Positions 44,031-56,972 of a stretch of DNA of 64,000 nt are shown here, in pieces. The DNA is taken from IMG/VR virus record IMGVR_UViG_3300021979_000004, positions 1 through 64,000 of that record. One strand, given 5' to 3'. Every line of letters begins with the position of its first letter. The first letter of the stretch is position 1. The position numbers and the translations under genes were made by a program. This DNA is from a virus. Its lineage: Duplodnaviria > Caudoviricetes. Under the pieces are notes generated by a model. That model saw only the letters and a list, made by a program, of their open reading frames with translations. It made no database searches and was not told the DNA's origin.

Positions 44031-46592
44031 ATGACTAGAAAGCAAAGATTGGTTGATAACTTATCTTATTTGGAAAATGATATATCTAATAAGAGCGAAG
44101 TTACAAGCCGTGATTATAAACCCTACTATCAATATAAAATTGGATTCCTTGACGAACAATTTGTTCCGGTCTATGGATATCTGAATTTTGGTTATTTGCC
44201 ACATTCAACAAAGTATTTTTTATTCAAGGACAATAAAGGTAGGGAAGTTATTCTCTACAAAGGGTCACAGGGCAAACCCGAAACTGATAGTTTCTTTAGA
44301 GCCTACCGGTATGATAAGAACGATGATTTCATTTATGATAACTCACCACTTAGCACACCTTTTATGTCATCCAATCAGCGCATCAACTACATTGATTGTT
44401 GTAGTACAAATTACATAGTTGCTCAAATTAAAACGTTGGGTGATCCCAACACATACAACTATTATCTTATTCGAACTAACTCAAGTTACGACACGTCTGA
44501 GTGGCAGAATGTTTTGGACATATCAAGTTCTATGGGGTTTAGTGCATCGGTTGCTAATAATATGACTATCGATGAAAAAGAACAAAAGCTTTATGTTATA
44601 GCATCAGAAAATGCGAGTGGTGGGTTAACAAGTTTTGGTACTATTAAATTAAAAATATATGACCTTACTAATGGGAACTTCATCAACGAATATTCTATAT
44701 TTGATATGCCAACTGACTTAAATTACAGCGCCTATCCTACATCAACTAAAGCGTTAAACTATGGTGGTCTTCGTGCAGTCTTTAATTACAATACGGGCGA
44801 TCTTTTAGTGAGCCTTAAAACCATTATCTATTATGATATAAACGGTGGACGAACTTATATTACCAAAGACATTAACCTTTCTTTAAATCTTAGCAATACC
44901 TTAAGACAAACTGGCACAGGAACCTATAGTTATTACATACCTATTAATTCAACTAACTATGACTTCTTTAACAATGGTATTGGTATTGGTTCTTGGAATA
45001 CTGGCGGTAGACATGATGCTTACTCTTTTAATGAGTATGACGACTCGATCTATTATATCGATAGATCAACTTGGATCGATACCGGTTTCAACTTGAGACA
45101 TCGTGATTTCAGTAGTCCACTAACAAGCTCTGGATACTTCTTAGATTCGTTGCCAGAAATTTACCCTACACAACGACATAACGTACCGGATTCCTCGCCT
45201 TGGTCAAAAACCTGTTATAGAAAATGTATAATGACCGATGATTACTATATTGGATATGGAAACAGTACGAAATATGGTGTTACTTATTTTATTTCAAAAT
45301 ATAATATAAACGGACAGGATATAGAATTTATAGCTGGTCAATGGAGAATACTGGATGATATAAATCCGAATGGTAATATTAATATAAAATCCTTGGATAG
45401 ATGGTTTATAACAAAAAATGGATCAACTGTAGAATACTACATATATGATAATTCACTTAATGTATTTAAAATAGATATAGATAGTAACTTTAATATAACA
45501 TATACTGATATGGGATTGCAGTTGCCCACTCCTAGCTCTTCATCCTATGGTAGGCAGAATCAATGGGCAATAGACTTTTCTAATAACAAAATATATTGGG
45601 TTGTATTAGACTATGCGGACTCTCATAAAGCTAAAATCATATGGACCGATAATAATGGATCAACATGGAACTTAGGACCAGTACTTAACAGTACACAAGC
45701 CAGTGGATCGGCTTCGCAATTTAGTGATGGGAATGCTAGGGTATATAACTCTGGTGGCTCTAACATGTTTATGGAAAACAATTTGGTTTATGTCAACATT
45801 ACATATCGAAGTGTTGGTGGCGCATACGGAACTCCATACGAACAATACGATAGTACTACCAATACACTGACTACATTCTCAAATTCAAATAATCCATATA
45901 ACGGTGGCAACTCAATAGGACATAATAGTCGAATAAATTATTATGTTAGTGACACAAATATTGGTTATTATTCTATGCGCTTCTATAGTCAATCGGTGCT
46001 TTCTAATTTATTAAATGGAAATTCATTGAGTACACTTTATACCAATGTATCTACGTCATCTGGACTAGGTGCAACTCTTTTAAACTTTCCAGTATTTCTA
46101 GATGGTTATTATTATCAAACACCTACTACTGATGTTGCATTGGAAGCGAACGCAGATAACTTTGTTTATCTTGAGACAGTAGATAATACTACATTGAATG
46201 CTTATGCTAGTGTAACGGATTTGAACAATACTACTGATCGTATTAAGATTGCAAAAATAACAACGGATGCAGCAAACCCAATATCACAAGAACTGTATGA
46301 TTTAAGTTTCAATGATACGACAGCACCGAAGTATATATTTAAAAAAATAAAACTAGAAAATGTTTCTCTTTCTCAAGGACAATCAATCACCGTACTATCA
46401 AGTGAATATGGGTTAAATGATTTTGATAGGTATCGAGTTATGGACTTCAGAAGTGATGGAACTGGTGACTATTTGTTAAATAGCAATGTAGAGTACAGTT
46501 TGAGTTTTGATAAAAGTCAGATAGTCATTACATCACAAGAGAGTGGAACACAAACATATACATTTTTAATACACGTATATTTGGGGATATAA
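44031..46592 (+). CDS. Large virion structural/tail-fibre-like protein (853 aa)
   Basis: N/S/T/Y/G-rich beta-type sequence; TAAATA upstream; shares N- and C-terminal modules with the next gene. Confidence 0.6.
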   Translation: MTRKQRLVDNLSYLENDISNKSEVTSRDYKPYYQYKIGFLDEQFVPVYGYLNFGYLPHSTKYFLFKDNKGREVILYKGSQGKPETDSFFRAYRYDKNDDFIYDNSPLSTPFMSSNQRINYIDCCSTNYIVAQIKTLGDPNTYNYYLIRTNSSYDTSEWQNVLDISSSMGFSASVANNMTIDEKEQKLYVIASENASGGLTSFGTIKLKIYDLTNGNFINEYSIFDMPTDLNYSAYPTSTKALNYGGLRAVFNYNTGDLLVSLKTIIYYDINGGRTYITKDINLSLNLSNTLRQTGTGTYSYYIPINSTNYDFFNNGIGIGSWNTGGRHDAYSFNEYDDSIYYIDRSTWIDTGFNLRHRDFSSPLTSSGYFLDSLPEIYPTQRHNVPDSSPWSKTCYRKCIMTDDYYIGYGNSTKYGVTYFISKYNINGQDIEFIAGQWRILDDINPNGNINIKSLDRWFITKNGSTVEYYIYDNSLNVFKIDIDSNFNITYTDMGLQLPTPSSSSYGRQNQWAIDFSNNKIYWVVLDYADSHKAKIIWTDNNGSTWNLGPVLNSTQASGSASQFSDGNARVYNSGGSNMFMENNLVYVNITYRSVGGAYGTPYEQYDSTTNTLTTFSNSNNPYNGGNSIGHNSRINYYVSDTNIGYYSMRFYSQSVLSNLLNGNSLSTLYTNVSTSSGLGATLLNFPVFLDGYYYQTPTTDVALEANADNFVYLETVDNTTLNAYASVTDLNNTTDRIKIAKITTDAANPISQELYDLSFNDTTAPKYIFKKIKLENVSLSQGQSITVLSSEYGLNDFDRYRVMDFRSDGTGDYLLNSNVEYSLSFDKSQIVITSQESGTQTYTFLIHVYLGI

Positions 46593-46596
46593 TAAA

Positions 46597-47286
46597 ATGC
46601 CAAGCATGTATAAACGATTAACCGATTACTTAGAATACCTAGAAAATAGTGTATATAACCGTGATGAGGTTGATTCTCGTGACTTCCTAAACTTTGAGCC
46701 TAAAGTGGGAGTTGGAAACAATAACATCGTAAGCTACACAACATCAGGTCTAACATTTACCGTAACAGAAACGCGAATATTTTTAGGTGGGTACTCACAC
46801 ATTGTTAGTAGTCTTCCATATACGTTACCTTCTAATACATTGTCTTATGTTTATTTGGAAAAAGGATCGGGTCGTGATGATATAACTATTTCTCACACAA
46901 CCACCGAGCTTCAAAACTCTTTTAATAAAATTTATATAGCTAAAGTTGAAACGAATGCATCCAGTATTACTAATGTTGATGCATATTCAGTGACACCATT
47001 TGGTTCCTTTGCGGACTATGAGAAAATGTCTTCGTTCACTACAACGGTTACGGTAGCATCCGGTTCGTCTTATGCTATAACCCTAAGTCAGTTGAGTAAT
47101 ATTAATACATTAAATAAAACGTTCTTAGACTTTACGATTCAATACAGTGTGTTTGATTCTCAATCTAGTACATATCGATATCCGGTTGTAGGAATAGAAC
47201 AGCGAATAAATTCTACTGCGGATACCTTGACAATAACAAACAATACCGGCTCTTCTGTAGATATTACAATAAATATTCATGGATAA
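46597..47286 (+). CDS. Short paralog of the 853-aa structural protein
   Basis: RLTDYLEYLEN..EV.SRD and FLGGY..VYLE..KI.IAK shared with 44031-46592. Confidence 0.6.
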   Translation: MPSMYKRLTDYLEYLENSVYNRDEVDSRDFLNFEPKVGVGNNNIVSYTTSGLTFTVTETRIFLGGYSHIVSSLPYTLPSNTLSYVYLEKGSGRDDITISHTTTELQNSFNKIYIAKVETNASSITNVDAYSVTPFGSFADYEKMSSFTTTVTVASGSSYAITLSQLSNINTLNKTFLDFTIQYSVFDSQSSTYRYPVVGIEQRINSTADTLTITNNTGSSVDITINIHG

Positions 47287-47306
47287 AAATTTTGTGGAGA
47301 TAACCA

Positions 47307-47699
47307 ATGAAGATATATGATTTATTAGAAGCTCCGGTTCCCAAACCCCTTGATAATGACATTGAAGATGCTATCGAACATGCTGATACCGAAGGCAATG
47401 GATGGGATAGAACAGACTTCCATCTTGAGTATGAAGGATACATGTCTGTTGATGAGATTGGTCAATATGACGATATAGATGGTTGGTTGGAAGTACATAC
47501 AGTAGAAGACCTAGAAGATTTTCGTGACGGTAAGTTTATGAATTTAGAAAAAGAACCGGCTCCTATTATTGTTATTGTATATCCTGATGAAGGTGGTTGT
47601 CATGAAGAAATTGGCGATGGTCGTGGACGCGTAAACTATGCTAACGCTACTGGCTCCAAGCTTCATGTTTATAAACTAACTCACAAATCTTGTATGTAA
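47307..47699 (+). CDS. ParB/sulfiredoxin-like protein with capsid-targeting-like N-terminus
   Basis: PIIV...IGDGRGRV.YA motif; MKIYDLLE; AATAAATA at 47268-47275. Confidence 0.5.
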   Translation: MKIYDLLEAPVPKPLDNDIEDAIEHADTEGNGWDRTDFHLEYEGYMSVDEIGQYDDIDGWLEVHTVEDLEDFRDGKFMNLEKEPAPIIVIVYPDEGGCHEEIGDGRGRVNYANATGSKLHVYKLTHKSCM

Positions 47700-47972
47700 A
47701 TTTGACTTTGAATTTTAATTCCTGTATCTTACTATAATATGTAAGCGGAGGAAATTATGAAATTCAAACGGGAAATATTTGTTGAAACACGTGGTGAAGG
47801 CTTCATGGCGTTTATTATGACCTTGTTGTTTGGTTGGGTTCCTGCGGATGCGTTCTTGATGGCCCTAATCCCTATCCCCAAGGTTGCGCTTATTTTGAGC
47901 TTTGTCCTTACCTTTATTTTTTTATTTTTCTTGGTGACACTTCCTTATCGTTTTGAATCAGAAGGTTGATAG

Positions 47973-48614
47973 ATGATTCAACTAGCTACAAAAATTCCAA
48001 AAGGTAAAACGGTCTACGTTGCATTTTCTGGTGGGGTAGACAGCCTTTGTGCTGCACTCTATTATAAGAACAAAGGATTTAACGTAGAACTTCTACACTT
48101 CAATCATGGGTGTGAGTATTCCAATGGTATTGAAGAAGGTTGTAGGAAGCTCTCAGAAGCCTTAGAATTAGATATTGTGGTTGGCTATAATGACACACCT
48201 CCTAAACCTAAACAGTCCATTGAGGATGCGTGGAGACGAGCTAGGTATCGTTTTCTATACTCATCTGTACCAGATGGTGGATATCTTGTAACCGCACATC
48301 ATCTTAACGATGCAGTAGAAACGTGGATTTGGTCATCGATGCACGGTGAAGGGAAAGTTATTGAACCTCACCAAGAAATTGTGTATGATGATAAGTTGTG
48401 TAATCTTGTAAGACCTTTTCTTATTTCTACGAAAAGTGAACTAGAAAAGTATGTAGAGAATAGTGGTATGCATCCTGTTCCTGATGCGTACAATAAAGAT
48501 AATTCTCTAACGCGTAATTATATTCGTAATGTCATGATGCCCCATGTATTGAAGATCAATCCGGGCATTGAGAAAGTTATCAAAAAGAAATATCTAAAGC
48601 GAGGAAAGATATGA
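47973..48614 (+). CDS. tilS: tRNA(Ile)-lysidine synthetase, minimal PP-loop form
   Basis: AFSGGVDS, HFNHG, RRARYRFL, TAHHLNDAVET, RPFL. Confidence 0.88.
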   Translation: MIQLATKIPKGKTVYVAFSGGVDSLCAALYYKNKGFNVELLHFNHGCEYSNGIEEGCRKLSEALELDIVVGYNDTPPKPKQSIEDAWRRARYRFLYSSVPDGGYLVTAHHLNDAVETWIWSSMHGEGKVIEPHQEIVYDDKLCNLVRPFLISTKSELEKYVENSGMHPVPDAYNKDNSLTRNYIRNVMMPHVLKINPGIEKVIKKKYLKRGKI

Positions 48615-51600
48615 AGCTTAAAGGTAAACGGGTAGAAAAACCTAAAATCTATACTGGTAAGAAGAATGCTAAACGTCCGATGGAGGAACGTTTAGATGAT
48701 TATATTGAATTCACTCACAATACTAAAAATTATTCTGATGCTGGATTCTTTGAAGAAGTTAAAGATTATATTGCTGACCTCAAAGAGCGTATTAAAGAGC
48801 TAGAGGATAAAAATGATATCTAATAAAACTAAAATCAAATTGATGAAAAAGTTGTATTTTTATTCCAGACAAAAACTTAGAAAACTTATCCTCAGTGAGC
48901 GTAAGGTAGATACCAAATGTCATAACTGCAACCAATGGGATTCACTGGTCGAGCTAGAATATGGACCATCTGATTTATTTTCAACATCTTATGGCTATGG
49001 CGTGACCTGTTCTAATTGTAAGAACACTACATACTTTAACTGTGAGCTTGCTCCTATACCATTACGTTGTGACCCAAATGGAACTCCAATACAATAATAA
49101 TGAGCGACGTAATTTATTCAGTTGTAATATCTTATCTTCGATCTAGTGTAGAGATTTCTGAATTGAAGTTAACATATGACGAAGATTACAAACAGAATAT
49201 GTACATTGGTATAGATAGCGAAGGTTTGTGTGGTTATTTTACGTCAGATATAGAATGCCATGCTATAACACAGGATTATCATGATCCAAAATTACATTAT
49301 TTCACAGACGATGTACAAAGTGCAGTTGCCAACCTTAGTGATGAAATGTCATTCACCTATTATAAACTTCTTTAGCGCTTTACTTTTCATTTTTATTCCT
49401 CTATAATGGTATAAAACATTGTAGGAGAATTGCTATGCGAGTTAAAGCTATCGATATCACATCCCAACGGTCTGACGGTCGTTCCAAAGTAACTTCTATC
49501 ACCCTCGGAAAAGAGTATGAAGTTGCTGCTATCGAAGGTGATCGTTACGTCCTTCTTAGTGACCAGCACAAACTCACACGCCACTCACAATATCGATTTG
49601 AAGTGGTTGACAACTCACCTGTACCTACCGTGCGTGAAGCATACAACAAACTGTCTCACCCAATTCGTATGAAAGCAAAAGCACTTCAGTCACAAGTGGA
49701 TGATCTTGAAGTTGAAGTTGCTATGCTGAAAAAAGAATTGGAAAAGATTAAGTCTGGTAATTGATTGTAGCGTTTAACTAGTTTATAATTAAATTATCAG
49801 GAGGGAATTGTTATGATGAATAGTAAGCCAATCATTGGTATTTGTATCGCTCGTACAGAAACATCAACAGACCTTGTGGATGTTATCTTTGATGTCATGG
49901 AATATCTGGATTATTCTGAAGACTTTGGTATCGATCCTGATGACTTGGATAACCTAGACGAAAGTCTTTTTCAAAATCGTGACGGTGTGTCGTGTTTCAA
50001 CCTCGTCAAACTGTTCTTTCAATGGTCTGAAAGTGTAGGTGATCAAACTACCATTCAGGTTCATGAAACAGCATGTGGTGATGTAGCATTTGCTTTCACA
50101 CACAATGAGTTTAATTACAATACTGATCTTATTCCATGGCGACAAGATGATTGTTATACACTCACGGTTTCAGATATGAATATGATTATCGAAATGACCA
50201 AGGTGTATGATGATTTCTGCCGGTCTACCATGAACGAAACACTGTATGAACATTTTTCAAATCTTGGAAATATTGGTCTTCATTACGTTGCAAAATAAAA
50301 TTTTATTCTGTATACTGTAGTTAACTATTTGGGAGAATTATATGGGCATTAAAAAACTTATTCTGAGTCTACCGTTTGTGAAAGATGAGATTCGTCGCAA
50401 TTCACTGTATTCGGTTGAACAAACTCGTAGATACTTGCGCGAAGATGAAGAGCGTCGTCACGAGCAAATGATGAACCTGCGTCTGGGTATGCCCATTATT
50501 ATCCTGACTCCCGAAACTACACCAGAACTTGGTGTCATCACTGGTTGGTTCAACAAAGATGTGCCTATCGTTAAGGTATACAGTAATCGAATCGTGAAAG
50601 AAGTCACTCTTTTTTCAACGTACATTCCTTACAACGCACAGAACTTTCAACTTCTCTATAATATGAAAAAGAGCGAAGCGTTGGGGTTGATTAATCCTGT
50701 ACATCAAGAGAAGGGGAAGGGATTCACTATCAAGAATGAAGATAATCGTGATGGTCGTGTATACATGGACACGGTTAACGATGCTGCACAGAATGGTTTC
50801 TTTGAGTTGGCAAAAGAATACTGGAAAAAGAAGCGAGGCATGGCATATGAGTAAAATTCTGATAAACGCATTAGTAATTTTCTTTACTATTGTGTCCGTG
50901 TCAATGTTTGGATTTTATCTGGATGTTAATAGCTTCGTGGCACTTACTGGTGACCATCTTATGAAGTCGTGTGTCTACGGTTTTATTGGTCTTTTATTTT
51001 CATACCTAGTTGCAACGGTGATTTAAATGGATGAAAGAATCGAGTATGTAGATAACAAAATAATCTTTCTAGTTGAACGTGGGTTTACTTCAAGTTGTGG
51101 AAAGAATATTACTAAAGGTCAACGTCTCAAGTGTATTGCGTATTACTTTAAAGGTAATGATCTTTTCTTGATTATCATTGATGAGGTTGGTAAAGAGACT
51201 ACTTGTATCATAGACAAAATTATGAATTACACCCACGAGTGTTCGGAACCACTTCGAAACGATATTGAAGTTGGTGATGTTGTAGCTATTCTCATGGAAG
51301 GAAAGAAATTCATTGGAAAGGTACTAGCGGAAAAAGAAAACGAATATGTAGTTTCTATCAATGGGATTTCAAGCTTTACTAAAATTGATGAGGCTGTTGT
51401 AGATAAATCAATGGTTGCACATTTTGAAGATTGTTGTACTATTGTTTGTGATTATAAAAAAGACCCTAAAAATCCTGAAATGCGTTTCGATTACTCTATT
51501 GAGTATCTACGTACCCATAAGAGAATGCAATTCTGGGATCATCAGGGGGATGTCTTTGTAAAAGAACAATAAGGTATGCTATGTTAAAAAAAGAACAAAA

Positions 51601-54600
51601 TATTACATTGGATGCTAAACTTGCGATTGTAAAGAAAATGCTTAACCGCTTGGACTACCCTGAATCGGCTAAAGCAATAGAAGAAGCTGAACAGCTTATA
51701 GAAGAACTTAAAACTGATGCCCAACGTTATCGTTGGTTGAGGGATAACAAACATCTTGATATTTGGTGGAGTGTAGAAGGCCCTGCTAATAGATGTGAAA
51801 ATATTGATGTTGATATTGATGAAGCCATGAGTGAATCAAAGGAATAATGTATGAAGACTGTGCCTGAGTATGAAGTTGATTTGGATAATACCGTAAATCA
51901 AACGATCCGGTCAGGGCAATTGGGTGTTATTGTAAATGATGCACAGCGTTATGAAGTTGTATATTTTACACATTGTCATTATCTCGGTAGCAACGGAGGT
52001 ATTTCAAACACATTTTCCTATCGTAGCTTTTCTAAAAATGGTGTACTACGTAATAAAGTAAAATCTTATATGTATAAGCCAATTTACCCATTAAAAAATA
52101 ATAAAAATTATCGCACCGAAATTGTACTTATAACAGGAGAAAATGATGCAGATTGATTCGAAAGATATTGCAAATGGTTCTTATAACGGTCAGAAAGTTT
52201 TTATTTGTGATTACCGTGTTCCCGATCTTGATAAAAAGCCCATCCGGTCAGTAGAGCCAACGGAAGTTATGGTTATGGATAACGATACTACAAAGAAACG
52301 TATCTACTATTCCAACTCACACTTTGTTGCTCTCAAGAAAAATGGTGAACCATCCAGTAAAGTCATTCCTCTTTATGACAACACGGGTTTCCGTTCTTAT
52401 ACTGGTGAACCGGTGAAAGTATTTGACAACCTTGCTGAATGTGAGGCACAATGGAACGACGATCTTAAGAAAGTTCAAGAGCGTTGGGCCGAACGTCGTA
52501 AAACTGCATTGCAGGATATCGATAATCAAATTAACAAAATCGATGGTATGTTCCGATGACCGAAAGTAACAAAAGCACATTTAAAACCGTACTTCATATA
52601 GGAGGTATTTGTATAGCAGCTTCTATTTTGGGTATGTTTTTACTATTCTATTCACAAAGCGTTGTTGAATATCAACAGGAAAGTGATTCAGAAAAGTTAT
52701 GTGGTTTGCTTGAACGTTCATCTATTGAATTGAAATTGCGACTTGTTGAAGACACTAACACTAACGAACTACTGGTGATTGATTGTGACGAATACACTGA
52801 TTAAAGAATACACACTTCTTCAATCTCTCTATGAGAAGCGGGAAGAAGAATATAAAAACGGTGACTATCAAGATGTGGATTTTGATATTAGCTGTGGTAT
52901 TACTGAAGATGAAATAAAAGAATTTATCGATTTCTTAAATAGTAAGAAAGATTTCACTCTCCAAGATATTCGTTTTCGAGTTCTATACCTTGCTAACAAA
53001 TATCATTTTAGTGTCAATAGTTTTTGGCACTATATCATGTACCGTACAGGTAAATGGATTAAAAAATAGGAGATTGTTATGCGTTCATTAAAAGTTATTT
53101 TTTTGGTAGGATTTCTATGGAGTATGTCAATGCACTCTCACTCAGAGGTCTTGAGTTATTCCCAATTGGAAGATTGTATTGAAATGAGCTATGATATAAC
53201 TCGTGATAAAAAGAAAGTAGATCAGAGAAAGCAAGCACTTGTTCGTCAGAGCAATGAGCTTAATCATTTGGAATCAACACTTAAGGGTCTTGATTGGGAT
53301 TACGATAGAGCAAACGATTCTCTAAGGAATTGTCAAATTATGAATAGCTCGAACTGTTATGCTGAAGCAAACAGAGTAAATTCTTTAGCCAATCAATACA
53401 ACTCCATTCTCAGAAAATATGAACATATTCGAGTTAGATATAATGATCTTATTGATATTCATAATGAAGAACTTGAAGAGCTTAGAACGTTGCTAAGTCG
53501 TTCACAAAATCAATGTTACGGGAAGCAATTTGCATCTAGCGATGTTCGCCGTGCATGTGATGGCGAAACTGCACATTTCTGTAAAGTATTAAAGTAAGGA
53601 TAAAAAGATGAAACCATATTGGGTTGTTGACGAATATATGTTGGAAGTGTCTGAGAGAAAAAATGAAATACTATCTTTCTTAAATGATAACTGTGAGTGT
53701 TCTATCAGACCACTTCAAAGGTTTTCTTCTATGAACTTCCCAGAACAAATTGATATTAATAGTTCAAAGTCTACCTGTGGTATCGTTTATGGAAGTATCC
53801 AATTTGTCACGAAAGCTGTTAAAGAAACTAATCTGTATCCTAGTTCTTATTACGATCCAACCCGTTATGAACTGATGAATTATATGAGCGAGTATCAACC
53901 AAGCCTGTTTCTCAATAGTGATGGTTTCTTTGTTTCTTTCATGTGGTTGTATAAAAGGTTGAGTTACTATCAATCTATTTTAGGTAAAAAGATTTTTGTT
54001 CGACCGAACAGTCCGAAGAAATTATTCACTGGTTTAATTGTGGAATCAACTGATGATCTAGACTTAATGTTTAAAACATCATCAGTTACATACAACACGC
54101 CGGTTTTTATATCATGCGCAAAACACCTTGAAAGAGAAATTCGTTATTTTATTGTGGATGGTCAAGTTGTGTCACATAGTCAATATCATAAAAACCATGA
54201 AATATGTATTACTGAGGATGATGATATTGAGTGTAGAAAGCTAGCCCAGAAAGTGGCGGATCAGACTGAAGAGTTTCATAATACGTTTGTGTGTGATGTT
54301 GGACTTTGGAATGGAATACCGAGAGTTGTTGAATTAAATTGTATTAACACATCAGGCTGGTATCTCGGAGATATTAATGCTATAATGGGTTCATTAAATG
54401 ATAAGTTAATTAAGGATTATAAAGACTATGAGCTATAATCCGATGCGGACACACTGTAAAGAACACAATTACGTCAAGATCGAAAAGTTTATTACGTCGC
54501 CGGAGATAGGTGGAAAAATAAACTTGGAATATTCTATAACAACACGATTACAAAATGATGAGTGGGTAAAGAGAGAACCCTTGACGGTGTTTACCTTTTC

Positions 54601-55783
54601 ATGTGGTGATGATTCAGAGAAATTATCAAAGATAGTAAACTTTATGAAACTGTTGGGAGAGGATCATGTCTAGGTATGTTATCACATCAGTAGACTTTCA
54701 AAAGAATATAGATTCTCTTGCGAAGTTCAATCGCGAGAATGTAAAGTCATATCAAAAGAAACATCAGAAAACAAGGTTTCTTGATAAAGCTACTGGTCAG
54801 CATATGTATACCCTATGGCTTGTTGTAGACATGGATCAAATGACTAAGATCAAAAACTACTGTAAAGTCAAAAACATCAAAATGCCTTTGTGTAAAGAGG
54901 AAATATAATCATGGCTTCATCTTATGGTGTCGTTAAAAATAATATTCAAAACTTTCTGAAAAATACGAAAGCATATAACTATTCTCCTATTGACGATAAG
55001 ATTGCTTTTATGGAGAAGAATTTTCATTCAGTACCGGGGCAATTCTATGAGCTTATGGCTTTTGGAAATGTGAAACACATGGTACACAACGGTGAAGTTA
55101 TCTTTGGTGTTTTTGTAGACTCTAAGTATAAAGATGAAAGTTCGCTTGGTGTATTTTCCTTTGTCATTTATGATGAAAAACTCTATGTTTCTGATCGACT
55201 TAATGCGAAAGTTTTCAATCCAGCTATGCGAAAGTTCAACGGTTTGTTTAAGGTATACTGTGGCTTTAGTTCGGAAAAAGCATTTGAATATTTTGTTGAA
55301 TGTTTTGCATGTGTCAATGATAAAGATCGGGATATAAAAGAAATCATCGTGGATAATATCTGTGAAGAAGTAACTGATCTTTTAAATGAATATCATGATA
55401 ATCATGTTGAATATCTCAATGCTAAACGAACCTATGTAGATACAAACACTGAAGTTCATCGTAGGGTTCGTGAGTCTGAAGAGCAACAGATTGTAAATGA
55501 TTTACAGGCAAGGTTGGCAGCGGCTAAAGAAAACCTGAACAGAAAGCGTAATGAAATTATTGAAGAGGAAAACCTAGAACTTTTGAAAGCAAGATCACAG
55601 ACACTAAAGTCTCACAGTGAAAGTCTTCTCTTGTACTATCGTGAGACTATTAAGTATCATATTACATCAAAGCCTATCCCGAATGGCCTTTCTAATAATA
55701 TAGAAGGAACCTTTTTGAGAATGTTTGATAAGGTTAAGATAAAAGCCGTTGATGCATCAAAAGAAAATAAAAGTGGGGATTAA
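48611..55783 (+). other. Array of hypothetical early genes
   Basis: ORF track; includes a secreted coiled-coil protein at 53079-53597. Confidence 0.75.
53608..54438 (+). CDS. ATP-grasp domain protein (R2K/DUF4343-like)
   Basis: FVRPNSPKK.FTG, EIRYFIVDG, FVCDVG, VVELNC..SGWY. Confidence 0.75.
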   Translation: MKPYWVVDEYMLEVSERKNEILSFLNDNCECSIRPLQRFSSMNFPEQIDINSSKSTCGIVYGSIQFVTKAVKETNLYPSSYYDPTRYELMNYMSEYQPSLFLNSDGFFVSFMWLYKRLSYYQSILGKKIFVRPNSPKKLFTGLIVESTDDLDLMFKTSSVTYNTPVFISCAKHLEREIRYFIVDGQVVSHSQYHKNHEICITEDDDIECRKLAQKVADQTEEFHNTFVCDVGLWNGIPRVVELNCINTSGWYLGDINAIMGSLNDKLIKDYKDYEL

Positions 55784-56808
55784 CCCCACTTCTCATTACC
55801 ACTCATACCTGTTACTTCTATTATATAAAAATCGGAATCTGGTGCGGTTAGGGACGTATTGGACCATAACAAATTACCATCTGCATCAAACTTATGTATA
55901 TTTGCATTTGTTGTTGAAAGATAAATGTTTCCATCCATATCACACTCTATGTCTTGTGGTATATCGCCACTCAATGATAATGATATTTCCCATAATTTAT
56001 TACCACTAGCATCTACCTTACCTATGAAATTTCCCACTGATGAAGCAACTAGTGAATTACCATCGTAGTCTACTGCGATAAAAGAAAGGTTTGTGCTGAA
56101 AGCCGGTGACTCCCAAGAAACGTCACCACTTTCATTTAATTTAATAACGGTATCACTTACTGCATTATTGTTTATAAACACCACCCCATTATCTGGGGTC
56201 GCACCTAACCTATAAGTACCATTTACATCACCAGCTTCATAATCCCATACTAAATTAGCAGAAGAGTCATAGCGATGTATATAGTGATCATCTGCTACAC
56301 CACCAATAAATACATCACCATTTGTTGCAGTATCCATAGATTGGTAAGTTTTAGATGAAGTAGTGGCATCACCGGCTTGTATGTTCATTTGAGAAAAAAG
56401 AATTGTAGATAAATCATTTACATCATAGACATCAAGTCTATTGCTAGAACCTAACATGGTATACAAAACACCATCTTTTGTTACCGATGTAGTTCTATAT
56501 ACATTATTAACTGCGGTACTATCTAGAGTATTTCCAGTAAGACCATCATATGCTGTTATTTCTCTATAACCGGCTGGATATATAACATTGTCTTTCGATA
56601 CTGCAAACTCAGGATGATACTGTGTTAATGCTTGTTCTACGATCAATGTTTCTGAACCATCGCTCAAATCTATTCTATATATTTTTTCTGGTGTGCTAGT
56701 ATTATAGTACTCTAGTGCGTATAGGTATTGATCATACTGAGGCTTTGTAAAAATTTGACGCATACGAACGCCACCAAACTTCCTCATACCTCTTATAATT
56801 ATTGACAT
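55780..56808 (-). CDS. Beta-propeller (PQQ-like repeat) virion protein
   Basis: Repeated K.D..G...W units; AATAAATA upstream; terminator near 55770-55792. Confidence 0.6.
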   Translation of the reverse strand: MSIIIRGMRKFGGVRMRQIFTKPQYDQYLYALEYYNTSTPEKIYRIDLSDGSETLIVEQALTQYHPEFAVSKDNVIYPAGYREITAYDGLTGNTLDSTAVNNVYRTTSVTKDGVLYTMLGSSNRLDVYDVNDLSTILFSQMNIQAGDATTSSKTYQSMDTATNGDVFIGGVADDHYIHRYDSSANLVWDYEAGDVNGTYRLGATPDNGVVFINNNAVSDTVIKLNESGDVSWESPAFSTNLSFIAVDYDGNSLVASSVGNFIGKVDASGNKLWEISLSLSGDIPQDIECDMDGNIYLSTTNANIHKFDADGNLLWSNTSLTAPDSDFYIIEVTGMSGNEKWG

Positions 56809-56972
56809 AAACTTATTCTCCTAATTTATATCTATTATTTATTAGAAAATATTTTTTTAAATATGCTATCTTTTTCACTAAAAGGGTTGCACTTTAAAAT
56901 TAGATCATCTATAATGGTTACATAAGGTTGAGGAACAGACCTCACCGACTAAGCCAAAAGAGGAATTACATT

